This document shows positions 53,509 to 64,000 of a DNA stretch of 64,000 nt, one piece after another. Origin of the DNA: Octopus vulgaris (lineage: Eukaryota); NCBI GenBank assembly GCA_951406725.2, contig OX597831.1, forward strand, positions 62,496,001-62,560,000, read 5' to 3'. Under the pieces are notes generated by a model, which had not been told where the DNA came from, did no database searches, and saw only the letters and a list, made by a program, of their open reading frames with translations. Position 1 is the stretch's first letter. The number at the start of each line of letters is the position of its first letter. The position numbers were made by a program, and so were the translations under genes.

Positions 53509-54159
53509 AAAGTTCCATTAGTATATGTATGAGCATATGAATCAATCCGAAGGTACATTCACATTTTATATGCTGAAAGAAAGCCAAAAAGATGCAATTT
53601 TGCAGACTGTTGACCACACATCTTTTTTTTTTCTCTTTTCTCTTTTTCACAGCATGCAATTGTAGACGTAAGAAGTGAAAGAGAATATGGGCTGTTCGTT
53701 GCAATATCTTATATGGAAACACCAACTGTCACAGTGTATTAATTCAAAGTAGTCCTTGTATTCCATACTAACAGAACAAAAACAATAATCATAACAACAA
53801 CAAAACAGCCAGAATCAATCGGAGAGTCAACACGGTTAGGTTTTATTGATTTGGCAATACAATATATTGTGTTTCCGAAGTAGGACAATGCTATATTGTG
53901 TTGTTCGTTATATAAAAGAAATTTGATTTGGCTTCCATCAAGATTTGATTAGATTCTTTCATAAGGAGTTCGTCTTTCCAATGCTTCAGAGCAGTTTATA
54001 TTTATTTCGTTCGGGTTGCTTAGTTTATGATTCTTTTTTTTTCCGTCTTTCGGCAAAATTCACTGCGATGACTGCACTGGTTGCATGCTGCTGATGGTAA
54101 TCGAAATGTTAATATGTTAATGCAGGTGGTAACTAAACTGAATATGACAGTAACAACCT

Positions 54160-54198
54160 CTACAACTACTGCTGTTACTACTACTACTACTACTACTG

Positions 54199-54279
<81 letters not shown>
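54160..54279. repeat. (ACT)n microsatellite
   Basis: Directly visible; the poly-Thr ORF is an artefact. Confidence 0.95.
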
Positions 54280-54612
54280 TGTTAGTTCACCTATTGATGT
54301 ACGGCTCACTAGTGAATTCACCAGCTCCTTTCTCCTTTCACAGACTCCATGATCCAGTAACCATGGATACTGACAGGAAATTAAAGAAAATATACAAAGA
54401 AACAAACCCGGTTCAGACTTTTCAATAGCAGAAATAAAACGATGTAAGGAATGACTTAACTGACGCGAAATACAAAAATAAACAAAACAAAAAAGTTTAT
54501 TGTTTGTGATGTCAGATGAACTTACACAATGCTAGGTTTCCTTTCAATGAAACATACACTGTAAAACTGTTTTGTTAGTAAACTATAAATTATTATTATT
54601 ATTATTATTATT

Positions 54613-55912
54613 CAGTAGTTTTATTTTTATTTTTATAGCGTGCTTTCACTTCACTACCGAGCGCAGCTCTGTGTGCCTTGGGTATGTGCTGTGATTTGTT
54701 GTGATGCTCTGATGGTTATTGTATGGAAAGTGTTCTGCGTAGGATGTGTGCAGTGCCTAGTAGTGCAATTTTCTGTATGTTATATGTGTTTGTAAGTCCT
54801 GGTGTTTTTGTTATGTATTTGTCTGAATATTTTTTTATCATGCCTAATGCACCTACTATGATAGGAATTGTTTCTGTTTTCAGATTCCACATTCTAGTTA
54901 CCTCTATTTCCAGGTCTTTGTATTTTGAGAGTTTCTCCATTTCTTTTAGAGACACGTTGTCATCTGCCGGTACTGATACATCAATTAGAAAGCATTTTTT
55001 TCTTCATGGTCTCTGACAACTATATCTGGTCTGTTGGCCTTAATTTCTCTATCTGTGTGTATCGGCATATCCCAGAGTATGGTTGCTTTCTCGTTTTCTG
55101 TGACCTTTTCTGGTGTGTGCCTATACCATCTTGTTTCTGTTGTTATTCCATAATGTTGGCATAGCTTCCAATGTATGTAAGTTCCAACTCTGTCATGTCT
55201 GTGAATATATTCCTTCTTAGCCAGGACTGGGCAGCTAGAGATAATATGATTTATTGTTTCTTGTCCATCTCCACATATTCTGCAGTTACTTGTAATATTT
55301 CTTTTCATTACATGTTTTTGGTAATTTCTGGTGGGGAGGCTTTGGTCTTGTGCTGCAATTAAAAATCCCTCTGTTTCTGCTTTGAGTCCTGAGCTTCTCA
55401 ACCATTTTTCTTTGTCTATTTCTTTTGCGTTTAGTTTAGTCCAGTATTTACCATGAAGGGGCTTTTCTTGCCATCGTTTTATCATGGTTCGTTGCTGTTC
55501 TATTTTTAGTTTGGATTTCATTTTTTTTATAGCTTTTGTTGTTTCTTCATCTTCTTCTTCTTCTTATTCATGTTTATTAGGTGGTATGATTTCTTGTTTG
55601 TATTTGTCAGCTTCCTTAAATACTGAGAACAGTTTTTTGTTTTGCTCGTGTTTTGCCGCTATCTGGATCAGTTTTCCTTCCTTCTGAAGTAGATATTTTT
55701 GCAGTCCTATGGTGGTTATTTTATAGTAGTTTTCCAGCTGTATAAGGCCTCTACCACCTTCTATACGTTGTATATATAGTCTTTCTATGTCAGATTTTGG
55801 GTGATGCATCCTAGATCCTGTCATTATTTTTCTTGTTTTCCTGTCTATTTTGGTCAGTTCATTTCGTGTCCAGTTAAGGATATTGTAGCTGTAACTTATA
55901 ACTGGGACTTAT
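54613..55912 (-). mobile_element. 5'-truncated R4/Dong-type non-LTR retrotransposon (RT C-terminus, CCHC finger, RLE endonuclease)
   Basis: HPKSDIERLY..GGRGL, LHGKY, ETEGFLIAAQDQ, CRICGDGQETINHIISSC, RHD, NRPDIV, LIDVSVP, EKLSKYKDL, PIIVGALG. One stop (55564) and one frameshift (~54990). (ATT)n on both flanks. Confidence 0.93.
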
Positions 55913-55915
55913 AAC

Positions 55916-55982
<67 letters not shown>

Positions 55983-56146
55983 CCCAATACTCTATCCTCA
56001 TTGAATTATCAAGCATAGGTTTTATTTTTATATTCAGTAGAGGTTTAAAGACATATATAATTGTATGTTTATGTATCTTTGTGTATGTGTATTCGCGTGT
56101 GTGCGTGCATTTGCATATGCGCCTTTGTATACACATACATGTGTGT

Positions 56147-56185
<39 letters not shown>

Positions 56186-56820
56186 ACAGTTTCACTTAGT
56201 TATAATTTCTTTTGTATTTTTACGAAAAGAACGCGAAACGATTAAAATTATTTTATTCTATCGCAAGCTGTTGCATTTTAATTTTCGCAACATGCAAATG
56301 AAGATTTTAATTTATGTTCAATATTCAGGACCAGCTGACACTGGCTATAGTAATTTCTTAAAACCACATTGAATAAACATAACCTTGTCGAAAAACATTT
56401 CAAAACAACGTATTATGAATTCTGATTCTTATCGAAAATAACTGTCGAATATATTTTATTTTCTCAAAAACAAAGATCAAATTGTAATTGTTGAACAACA
56501 TAGTCTGATCAATGTGACAAGCAAAGGCTTTAATCAATGTAAGCAAAGAACTTCAGATAAATCTACATACCTTATTCAAATGGATAAATCCTCCAATCCC
56601 AAATCGTTCAATAAAGAAATTCTATTAAGTCCCTAAAATGTTCATGTCTTTATTTTAGATGAAGTACGGTTTCGATCGAAAGCTTATATTCTACTTAGGT
56701 ACACTAATTCCCAACAGACATGTGACACCATTCCCAAATAATGTAAATGATTAATCCCAATTGATTGTTGTTTAGCCTTGGACAGGCATCTCAATGGTAG
56801 CCACCCAGTGTTTGACTATA

Positions 56821-58040
56821 TTGGGTTGTCCGGAAAGTTCTTGCCGATTTATAGTAGCTTATATTTCGACTTATTTTAGAACATGGTTGAGTTCATAAAA
56901 TAGGATTTGACTACACCTCCATTTAGAGCACAGTTTAAGCTATCTTTTCGTGGAAGAAGATTTATGTTCCTATAATCTGTGTACATTCTGTAACCTTTTA
57001 AAATGGAAGTTAAGAGAGTTCCTTTTCGACACTTGAAGCTTTTCTTTTTCCGTAAAGGGAAATATGCGCAGCAAACAGTGATGTTTCTTTATCCGAAAGA
57101 ACTGTACGGAGGTGGTTCGCAAAATTCCGAGCTGGATATTGTAGCCTTATTGTTAAAGAGCGATCAGACAGATCATCCACTACAGATGATGACCAAATCA
57201 AGTCATTAATTGAGAACAACCCTCATTGCACAACCCGAGAATTGGCAGAAAGCCTCAACCTCTCAAAATCCGTCGTTCATGAGCACCTGGTAAAGCTTGG
57301 GTACACAAATCGCTACGATATTTGGGTACCACATGAGTTGAGTGAGAAGAACATTTTGGATCGCATTTCCATCGGTGATTCGCTTTATAAACAGAATGAA
57401 AACGTGCCTTTTATAATGCAAATTGTGAGAGGCGATGAGAAATGGATTATCTACCGAAATGTTCAGAGAAAGCGATCCTGGAGTAAGCGACATGAGACAC
57501 CCCTAGCCATCTCAAAAGCGGGTCTTCATCCTCAAAAAGTCTTGCTTTGTGTCTGGGGGGATTGGAAAGGGATTATCTACTATGAGCTTCTCCCAAGTAA
57601 TCAGACAATTAATTCTGAGAAATACTGCACACAACTGAACGAATTAAAAGCAACAATTCAAGAGAAACGTCCAGAATTGCCAACAGGAAGGGTGTTGTTT
57701 TCCAACATGATAATGCAAGACCGTACGTTTCTTTGGGAACCAGAAAAAAACTGCTGCAGCTAGGTTTGGATGTGTTACCCTACCATCCATATTCACCAGA
57801 TATTGCTCTTTCGGATTTCCACTTATTCAGGTTTCTGCAGAATAGTCTTAATGGTAAACATTTCAACTCCTTGGATGACGTAAAATTGTTTGCCATGAAA
57901 CCACCTCAATTCTGGGAAAAGGGTATTTTCAAGTTAAAGGAAAGATGAAGACGCATTTGGTTGATTAAAAATGTAATGGCAAGTATTTATTGACGTTTTT
58001 CTTTCCTTTAAAATCGGCATGAACTTTCCGGACAACCCAA
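56821..58040 (+). mobile_element. Mariner transposon, full length, TA TSD, frameshifted transposase
   Basis: Near-perfect ~30 bp TIRs ttgggttgtccggaaagttcttgccgattt / aaatcggcatgaactttccggacaacccaa. Motifs WVPHEL, VRGDEKW, QHDNARP and HPYSPDIALSDFHLF. Confidence 0.96.
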
Positions 58041-58878
58041 TATCTACATTATACAGTGCTTTACATTCTATTTTCAGGATATTGTTTGTGGGTTGTGGTA
58101 AATTGGGATGCGATTTCTAAAAGGTTTATGGACCTTGTAAGAGTTTAAAGGAGAGTGTAAATCTCATCTACATGTAGCTTTCTTATTTTTATTTTGCTGT
58201 CTAATAAGATTTTGTGGGCTCAAATCATGTTATCTGTATGTGCAAGGTCAACGCTATTCAAGATACGTGAGTTCTTTTGTGTGTGTTATGTTGAATAGCA
58301 CGGTAAGATAAATTTCGCTGCAGGAATGAACGGTAACTAGCTCCTTAATATGTACTGAGAACATTTCTTAGCGTGAGCGTTAAGACAATGTATACCATAG
58401 TCAACACCAATACCATAAGTTACAATGTGGGCTGAAAAGAACACGGCTTATCTAAGAAGTAACAAATTTCTCGGGGTTAAAATAAATCACCTTGATTGTT
58501 CTCTTGACAGCTTATATACACCAACAACGTTCTCATGGGGCGTAAGATCACTGTTGAGTCAATTAAATGGGTGTCTATCGAATGTAGCTGCTATTGCTCA
58601 ATGAAAATCTATACAGATGGCACTCACGTTTGATTTGTTACAAGTGAATGTAACAAGAAGAGTTCACAGCTGGTGAGATGCTTTCTTTTTCCAAAGAATT
58701 TTGTAAAACGAATGGTACATATATTCTGTTAGGTTCAAAAATGATTGGCAATAATTTGACAATTTGTTTATTTGTAAATTTGCAACATGAGTAGTTGATT
58801 ACGAATGAGGGTGTGTGGAATGTTTTGAAAAGGTATGAACAGAAATATAGAAATGTAGCAGGACATGAGAATATTTTA

Positions 58879-59085
58879 CGAAGGGATATTGTAAAGTTCC
58901 TGGCTTTGGGTAAAGGAAAATGCAAAAGGATCAGTTAATTGTGATTTTATTCAACATATTCCCCTCTCAGGTTCATACACTTATTACAGCGGTCCCTGAG
59001 CCCTTTAAAATTTTCGGAAGGTTAGGCTTCCAACCAGGTCTCTCCCTATATCCTTAAAGTCAGGAAATTTTACCGCACACCCTCT
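58879..59085. mobile_element. Mariner-type MITE
   Basis: ta-cgaagggatattgtaaagttcctggcttt / aaagtcaggaaattttaccgcacaccctc imperfect TIRs; about 200 bp, non-coding. Confidence 0.7.
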
Positions 59086-59981
59086 TTAACATTTCATAGA
59101 GTTTTCGAAATCACTTGAATTCATTACGTGATATTGCAATAATTTGGATCCTTTATTTTTTAACTACGGGACCAGTAGTGGTAACTGTAGCAGTGTAGGG
59201 GGTACAAGACACACGACGATTAAATGTTAGCTTCAATAGCAAATTTTCTTCAAAGCTCATCGGCTGTCTTCTCCAACTATGCACATGAAACACTGTTTCG
59301 AGTCATCCAGAGGGCTAAATTATTGTCGTTCACTGAATCTGGTAAAGTAACACAGTAATAAACTATTTTACTGATCGGTTTTGAAATTTTGCTTAGAAGA
59401 ATGTAAGTTAGACGAATTATATAATATCAGTAGTTTGTGCGTCAAAAGTGGTTGGGTGGTGTGTTTAAATAATATAGTTTGCTTTGATTAGTTTGCACAT
59501 ACTGGACGATAGTGGTTAGTTGAATAATTACTGCCACACACATGTGTGTATGTGTGTTTGTCTGTCTGTCTGTATGTATGTATATACGTATGTATGCATG
59601 TATATGTGTGTATGTATGTATGTATTTATGTATGTATGCATGTATGTAAAAGCCTGTGTTTTCCTTTGAACAGTAAAATTATGCTTTTTGTACGTTATTT
59701 TATGCAATCATTTTTAAAACAGCACATTACATCTTTTGATGTGCACTGTGGTTACATTTAAGGGCTCTCTGAAATAAAATGCAAAATGCATCCATGTATC
59801 ACAAGCATATCGTTGAAGAAATAGAATTCCGAAAATAAATAATCAATATTTATCCTAATTTAGCACTTCGATGCCGTTTTGTAATTGAACAGGATGTAAT
59901 AGGCTGACGAACATAACTCGTTTTATCAGTTTTATGAAAATTAGTTGAATATTACTTCAATAGTTTCATATAAACAAATGC

Positions 59982-60028
<47 letters not shown>

Positions 60029-60053
60029 ATATATACAATACACACACTTGTAT

Positions 60054-60127
<74 letters not shown>

Positions 60128-63100
60128 GCTTAAAAACCTTATTTCATTGCGTTCATCGTAAAATATACTATTATAATTAATAAACATGAAAGTAATATGT
60201 GATAAATATGTTTTAGATATAAAGTTTAGGATTGAGGAGCGCAATATAATATCATGAATGCAATTGTGTAATGAAATATTACGAAGTTATTTTTATATAT
60301 TAACAGTAACATGTTTGTATTTAACGAAACCGAGTGATTTAAAATTTGCGAAATGAATGACTGCCGTTCTCGTTAAAAATCCAAAGAAGTGTGCATCTCA
60401 TTAAAAGGAGACACATATTTGTCTCTTGTGTGAGAGCATCCATTGAATATATATGTTGTCTACATATTTTTTGTAATTAAATTGGAAATATCTTGAAACA
60501 GGAAATAAATTAAAATTGTATGTATTCCATCTTATTTTGTACCGTATGATCTGAATGGCTATGACGCTATACAAGCCAGTTAGACATGAAAATATACTAA
60601 TCGGACACATAATCAATTTCAGTAATGTCTTTAATATCCATTCCACTTAGTTATTCCAGCGACAATTTACACATGAAAATGCAATGCGTACCCAATTATA
60701 AACGCTAAGATATTTTAAAGTAACACTGGGGACCACTAAGTGGTAAAAATTACTAAATCTATCGTGTCCTGGATAATCAGACAGAAAAGAAAATCCATGT
60801 GCTTTCTCGATCTGCTTCATCTATTTCCTCTTTCTCTTTCTTAATCTTATCTTTGATTATTAAAACATCATAAACACTACCACAGTGACATATCGAACTT
60901 CTGTCTCGTCGACTTGCAATACTCTTGCCACTGATAGCACTGCCTGCGCTATTGTAGTTGGTACTCTTGCTGTTGTTGATAATTATTTATAAGGAATCCT
61001 ACCCTAGCTGCAAAACTGACAGATTGTTCGTATTATAGGAGAATAACACGAATAACAACCAGAATCCTAACAATTACGTGCCTATTCATTCTCAATACAT
61101 CTTGGCAAATTCCAATGCGAATATGTGATTGAAACGCATATGTTATGATCAAACATTGTCAAGAGCAAGGAGGTGTTCTCCTCTGACGAAATACAACGGC
61201 ACTTAGCCTGCCGAGGATCTGCTAGAACGTATTCAGAATGAATATATACGTTACTGCTTATATTTTTCTAACAGGCAAAAATCCCTCTGATATTCAAATT
61301 AAGCCTGCGTTCAATGATTTCATTTATTTGAGGGAAAAAGAACCCTGTAAATTTGTTTGCACTAATTCATTTCCTTGCGTTAAAATGTTTACAAATGTAT
61401 TTTAGATGCATTGGTTTTATTGATTCGTTATCCTAATACGTCGCTGTGATAATTGATATTTGAAGACTGACATTTATTCGTTCGCTTTGCTGTACATTTT
61501 CCTTTCTTTTGTTTTTGTACATATGTTTATACTTTAATCATAGGGTGTGAAAGCGAAGTCATACAAGACTAACATAATCTGTAAAAATATTATGTGCTTA
61601 TCGCATTACTCTTACTTCTTCAGCCGTTTCACACTTTGAACATATTAGATACGATGAAAATATTGATATATTACATGAGAAAACATACAACCTCTTGAGA
61701 TACACATCCCTGCCTCTCTGCGGAGTATTAAAATGGAATTCAGCGGCATTATATACAACTGATTATTCATTTAACTAGCCGGAGCGGACAGAAAGCAGTA
61801 ATTAGATACAGTATTGTGACAATATATACAAACAAATCTGCATACATTCATGTAAATTGTTCCCTACAGTATTCTAGGAAATATACTGAGAAAACAAAGG
61901 CAGCAATGATTTATTTTTAAAATGTGCAAATATAAACCATTAAACAACGCGTTATATTAATTGATTTATTATAAGCGTAAGAAGTTTAATTCTCTACCCA
62001 GGATTTCAATATTTAGGATGACATTAATTAGCACAATTCCTTTGACGATATTACATCTCAGAAACCGGGATAATTCATTCTTAAACATTTATCAATTATA
62101 AATATTTTTGGAAAAATCGTTGATGTATGTAAAGATTGTATTTCAATGAAACATACATTTTCTGTGAAAATAAATGTAAAAACAAAATTTAAAATTAAGC
62201 ATAAAATGACGTTGAAATTATAGGTTATCAAATATTTTCTTTACATTGCGATATTTGCTATTAGTCGCAAAAATCACTAAAATATAACAAATTCTTTGTT
62301 GCATGCACGGGAGATTTAAAGCCAAATAAATGTATTAAATGAAATTATTTCATTTCAAAGTGGGCGTTGACACAGCTTTATGGTTAAGAGGTTCTATTCG
62401 CAAGGAAGCAGTTTCCAGTTTTAGCCCATAGGGCAACACATTATGCAACTATTTTCAACCAAGCGTTCACGAAGACCTTGTACTATCTGGTACAAACGGA
62501 ACACCGGTGTCACATGAAACAAAAGACGTCCGTTTTCGAACTAATTTCCTTGGTATAATAATCTTGTAACGAGTTACACAAAGACTTCCTTGCCACTTTT
62601 GCTGATTAAAACCCTTTGAAACAATGGTTGTCCAGTTAAAAACCCGAAAACAGAGCACGGTATAAGAAAAAAATATATCTAATTTTTTTCCCTGTTCAAA
62701 AAGTAAAAACAAAAAGCGTTTCACACGCTGACCACAAACAAAAACCTATGATAACATGTTGCTATTATTGATGCATTTCTATTGTATTGGTTGCACAGCA
62801 AAGGAAGCAGATGTTCTTTCATGCAGATAACAATCCTTTTTGCACATTATGTTTAACAATTGAGACTATTTGTATATTAACGGATTTCTGACTGATAAGA
62901 AAGAAATTCAATGAATCAATAAGAATTCATTAAGAACGATCGCCCACTCACTGCTCACACACTCTATATAATTACTACCTTTCAAGGAAGAAAAGGGAAG
63001 GTGAATTCTTGTACAATTATTGATTCTTTTCGTTGGATTTCACTAATTTGTAATTACGAGGTTTACGTGATTGTATCTACATCGTACCTGACTGATACAC

Positions 63101-63344
63101 ATCTTAGCAAACCCGAACGAAACAATGTGATATCGAAAACAGTAATATATGACTTCGGATGTAAATACCCAAAGGCATGTAACGCGATATTACATCGATT
63201 CTGTTATCCCAACAACATATAATCAAGAAGCACCTGTAAAACCGAAAGACATTACCTCAAAATCCCTTAGTAAGCTAGTGTCGAATCACATATTTTTGAC
63301 ATCCTTGACTAACATGTTATTTTTTTCTAATTTATGATGGTCTC

Positions 63345-63525
63345 AGATTATGTCTCAAGGCCAGTAATTTCGTGGGAGGAGCTAAGTCAATTACAATGAC
63401 CCCAGCGTTCAGCTGGTACTTATTCTATCGACTTCGGCAGAATTTGAACTCAGAACATGAGGACGGACAAAGCGCCACTTTGCATTTAGCCCGGCGTACC
63501 AACAACTCTGCCAGGTCGGTGCCTT
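63345..63525 (-). mobile_element. SINE family B, degenerate
   Basis: caaggccagtaatttc...ctggtacttattctatcgac...gaatttgaactcagaa...tctgccaggtcggtgcctt. Confidence 0.75.
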
Positions 63526-64000
63526 GTTTCTAACTTACAATGAGAAGAAATAAGCAACAAAAACATATTCACAAGATATGGAAATTCCTTTGAGGATGTC
63601 ATTTAAACTCTATTGAATATGTCAATTTAAAAACTGTCGTTGTCTTAAATACTTCAGATGAGTTATTGGTGTTGCATATATTTCTGTGCCTTCTTAATCT
63701 TAATCTTTAGAGCATTTTGTGAGTGTATACAATATTTCATGCAATGCCAGGCAGTTCGAGCAACGAAATTCCATTTCTATTTAAATTGTACACTATCACA
63801 ATAGAAATAAAATTACAACCTCATCTACTTGGTCGTTTACATAATTCAGAACATTGTTTCCCCTATATTTTACGCATTCCTCGCATGTCTTTAAATGTAG
63901 GAATATGAATTCTAACGTTGATAAAAGTTGACTCTTCTCAAAGCTTATTGATGATTTAAATATTTCAAATTATTATATAACTGTAGAAATAACTATGGTA

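Noticed and set aside
54081-54428. Mucin-like poly-Thr ORF
   Set aside because: (ACT)n repeat with non-informative flanks and no convincing splice or homology support.
57242-57763. SETMAR-like host gene
   Set aside because: It lies inside a TIR-bounded mariner with frameshifts and has no SET domain.

Overview
AT-rich, microsatellite-dense eukaryotic DNA with no intact host protein-coding gene that I can support. The SINE families (tRNA-like heads with CORE-, Nin/Deu- and Meta-like cores) and repeat landscape suggest an octopus intron or intergenic region; this is inference. Recognisable content: four decayed mariner copies plus a mariner MITE, a Tc1 fragment, a Helitron helicase fragment and 5' terminus, an R4/Dong-type RLE LINE inside (TAA)n, an RTE-like 3' end with three C2H2 fingers, a zinc-knuckle ORF1 relic, and about 20 SINEs of four families. 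Most ORF-track entries are translated microsatellites. The most interesting signal is a set of about ten short, mostly unrelated non-coding cassettes next to (TA)n tracts. Each carries a complete, degenerate or half type I hammerhead-ribozyme motif (CUGANGA...GAAAC-short loop-NUH), usually about 50-190 nt upstream of the TA tract. Several form head-to-head palindromes that fold back at the ribozyme core. The clearest example is 52884-52972. This points to a diverse TA-associated Penelope-like (PLE pLTR) or retrozyme-like system. All coordinates were read by eye and may be off by a few bases.
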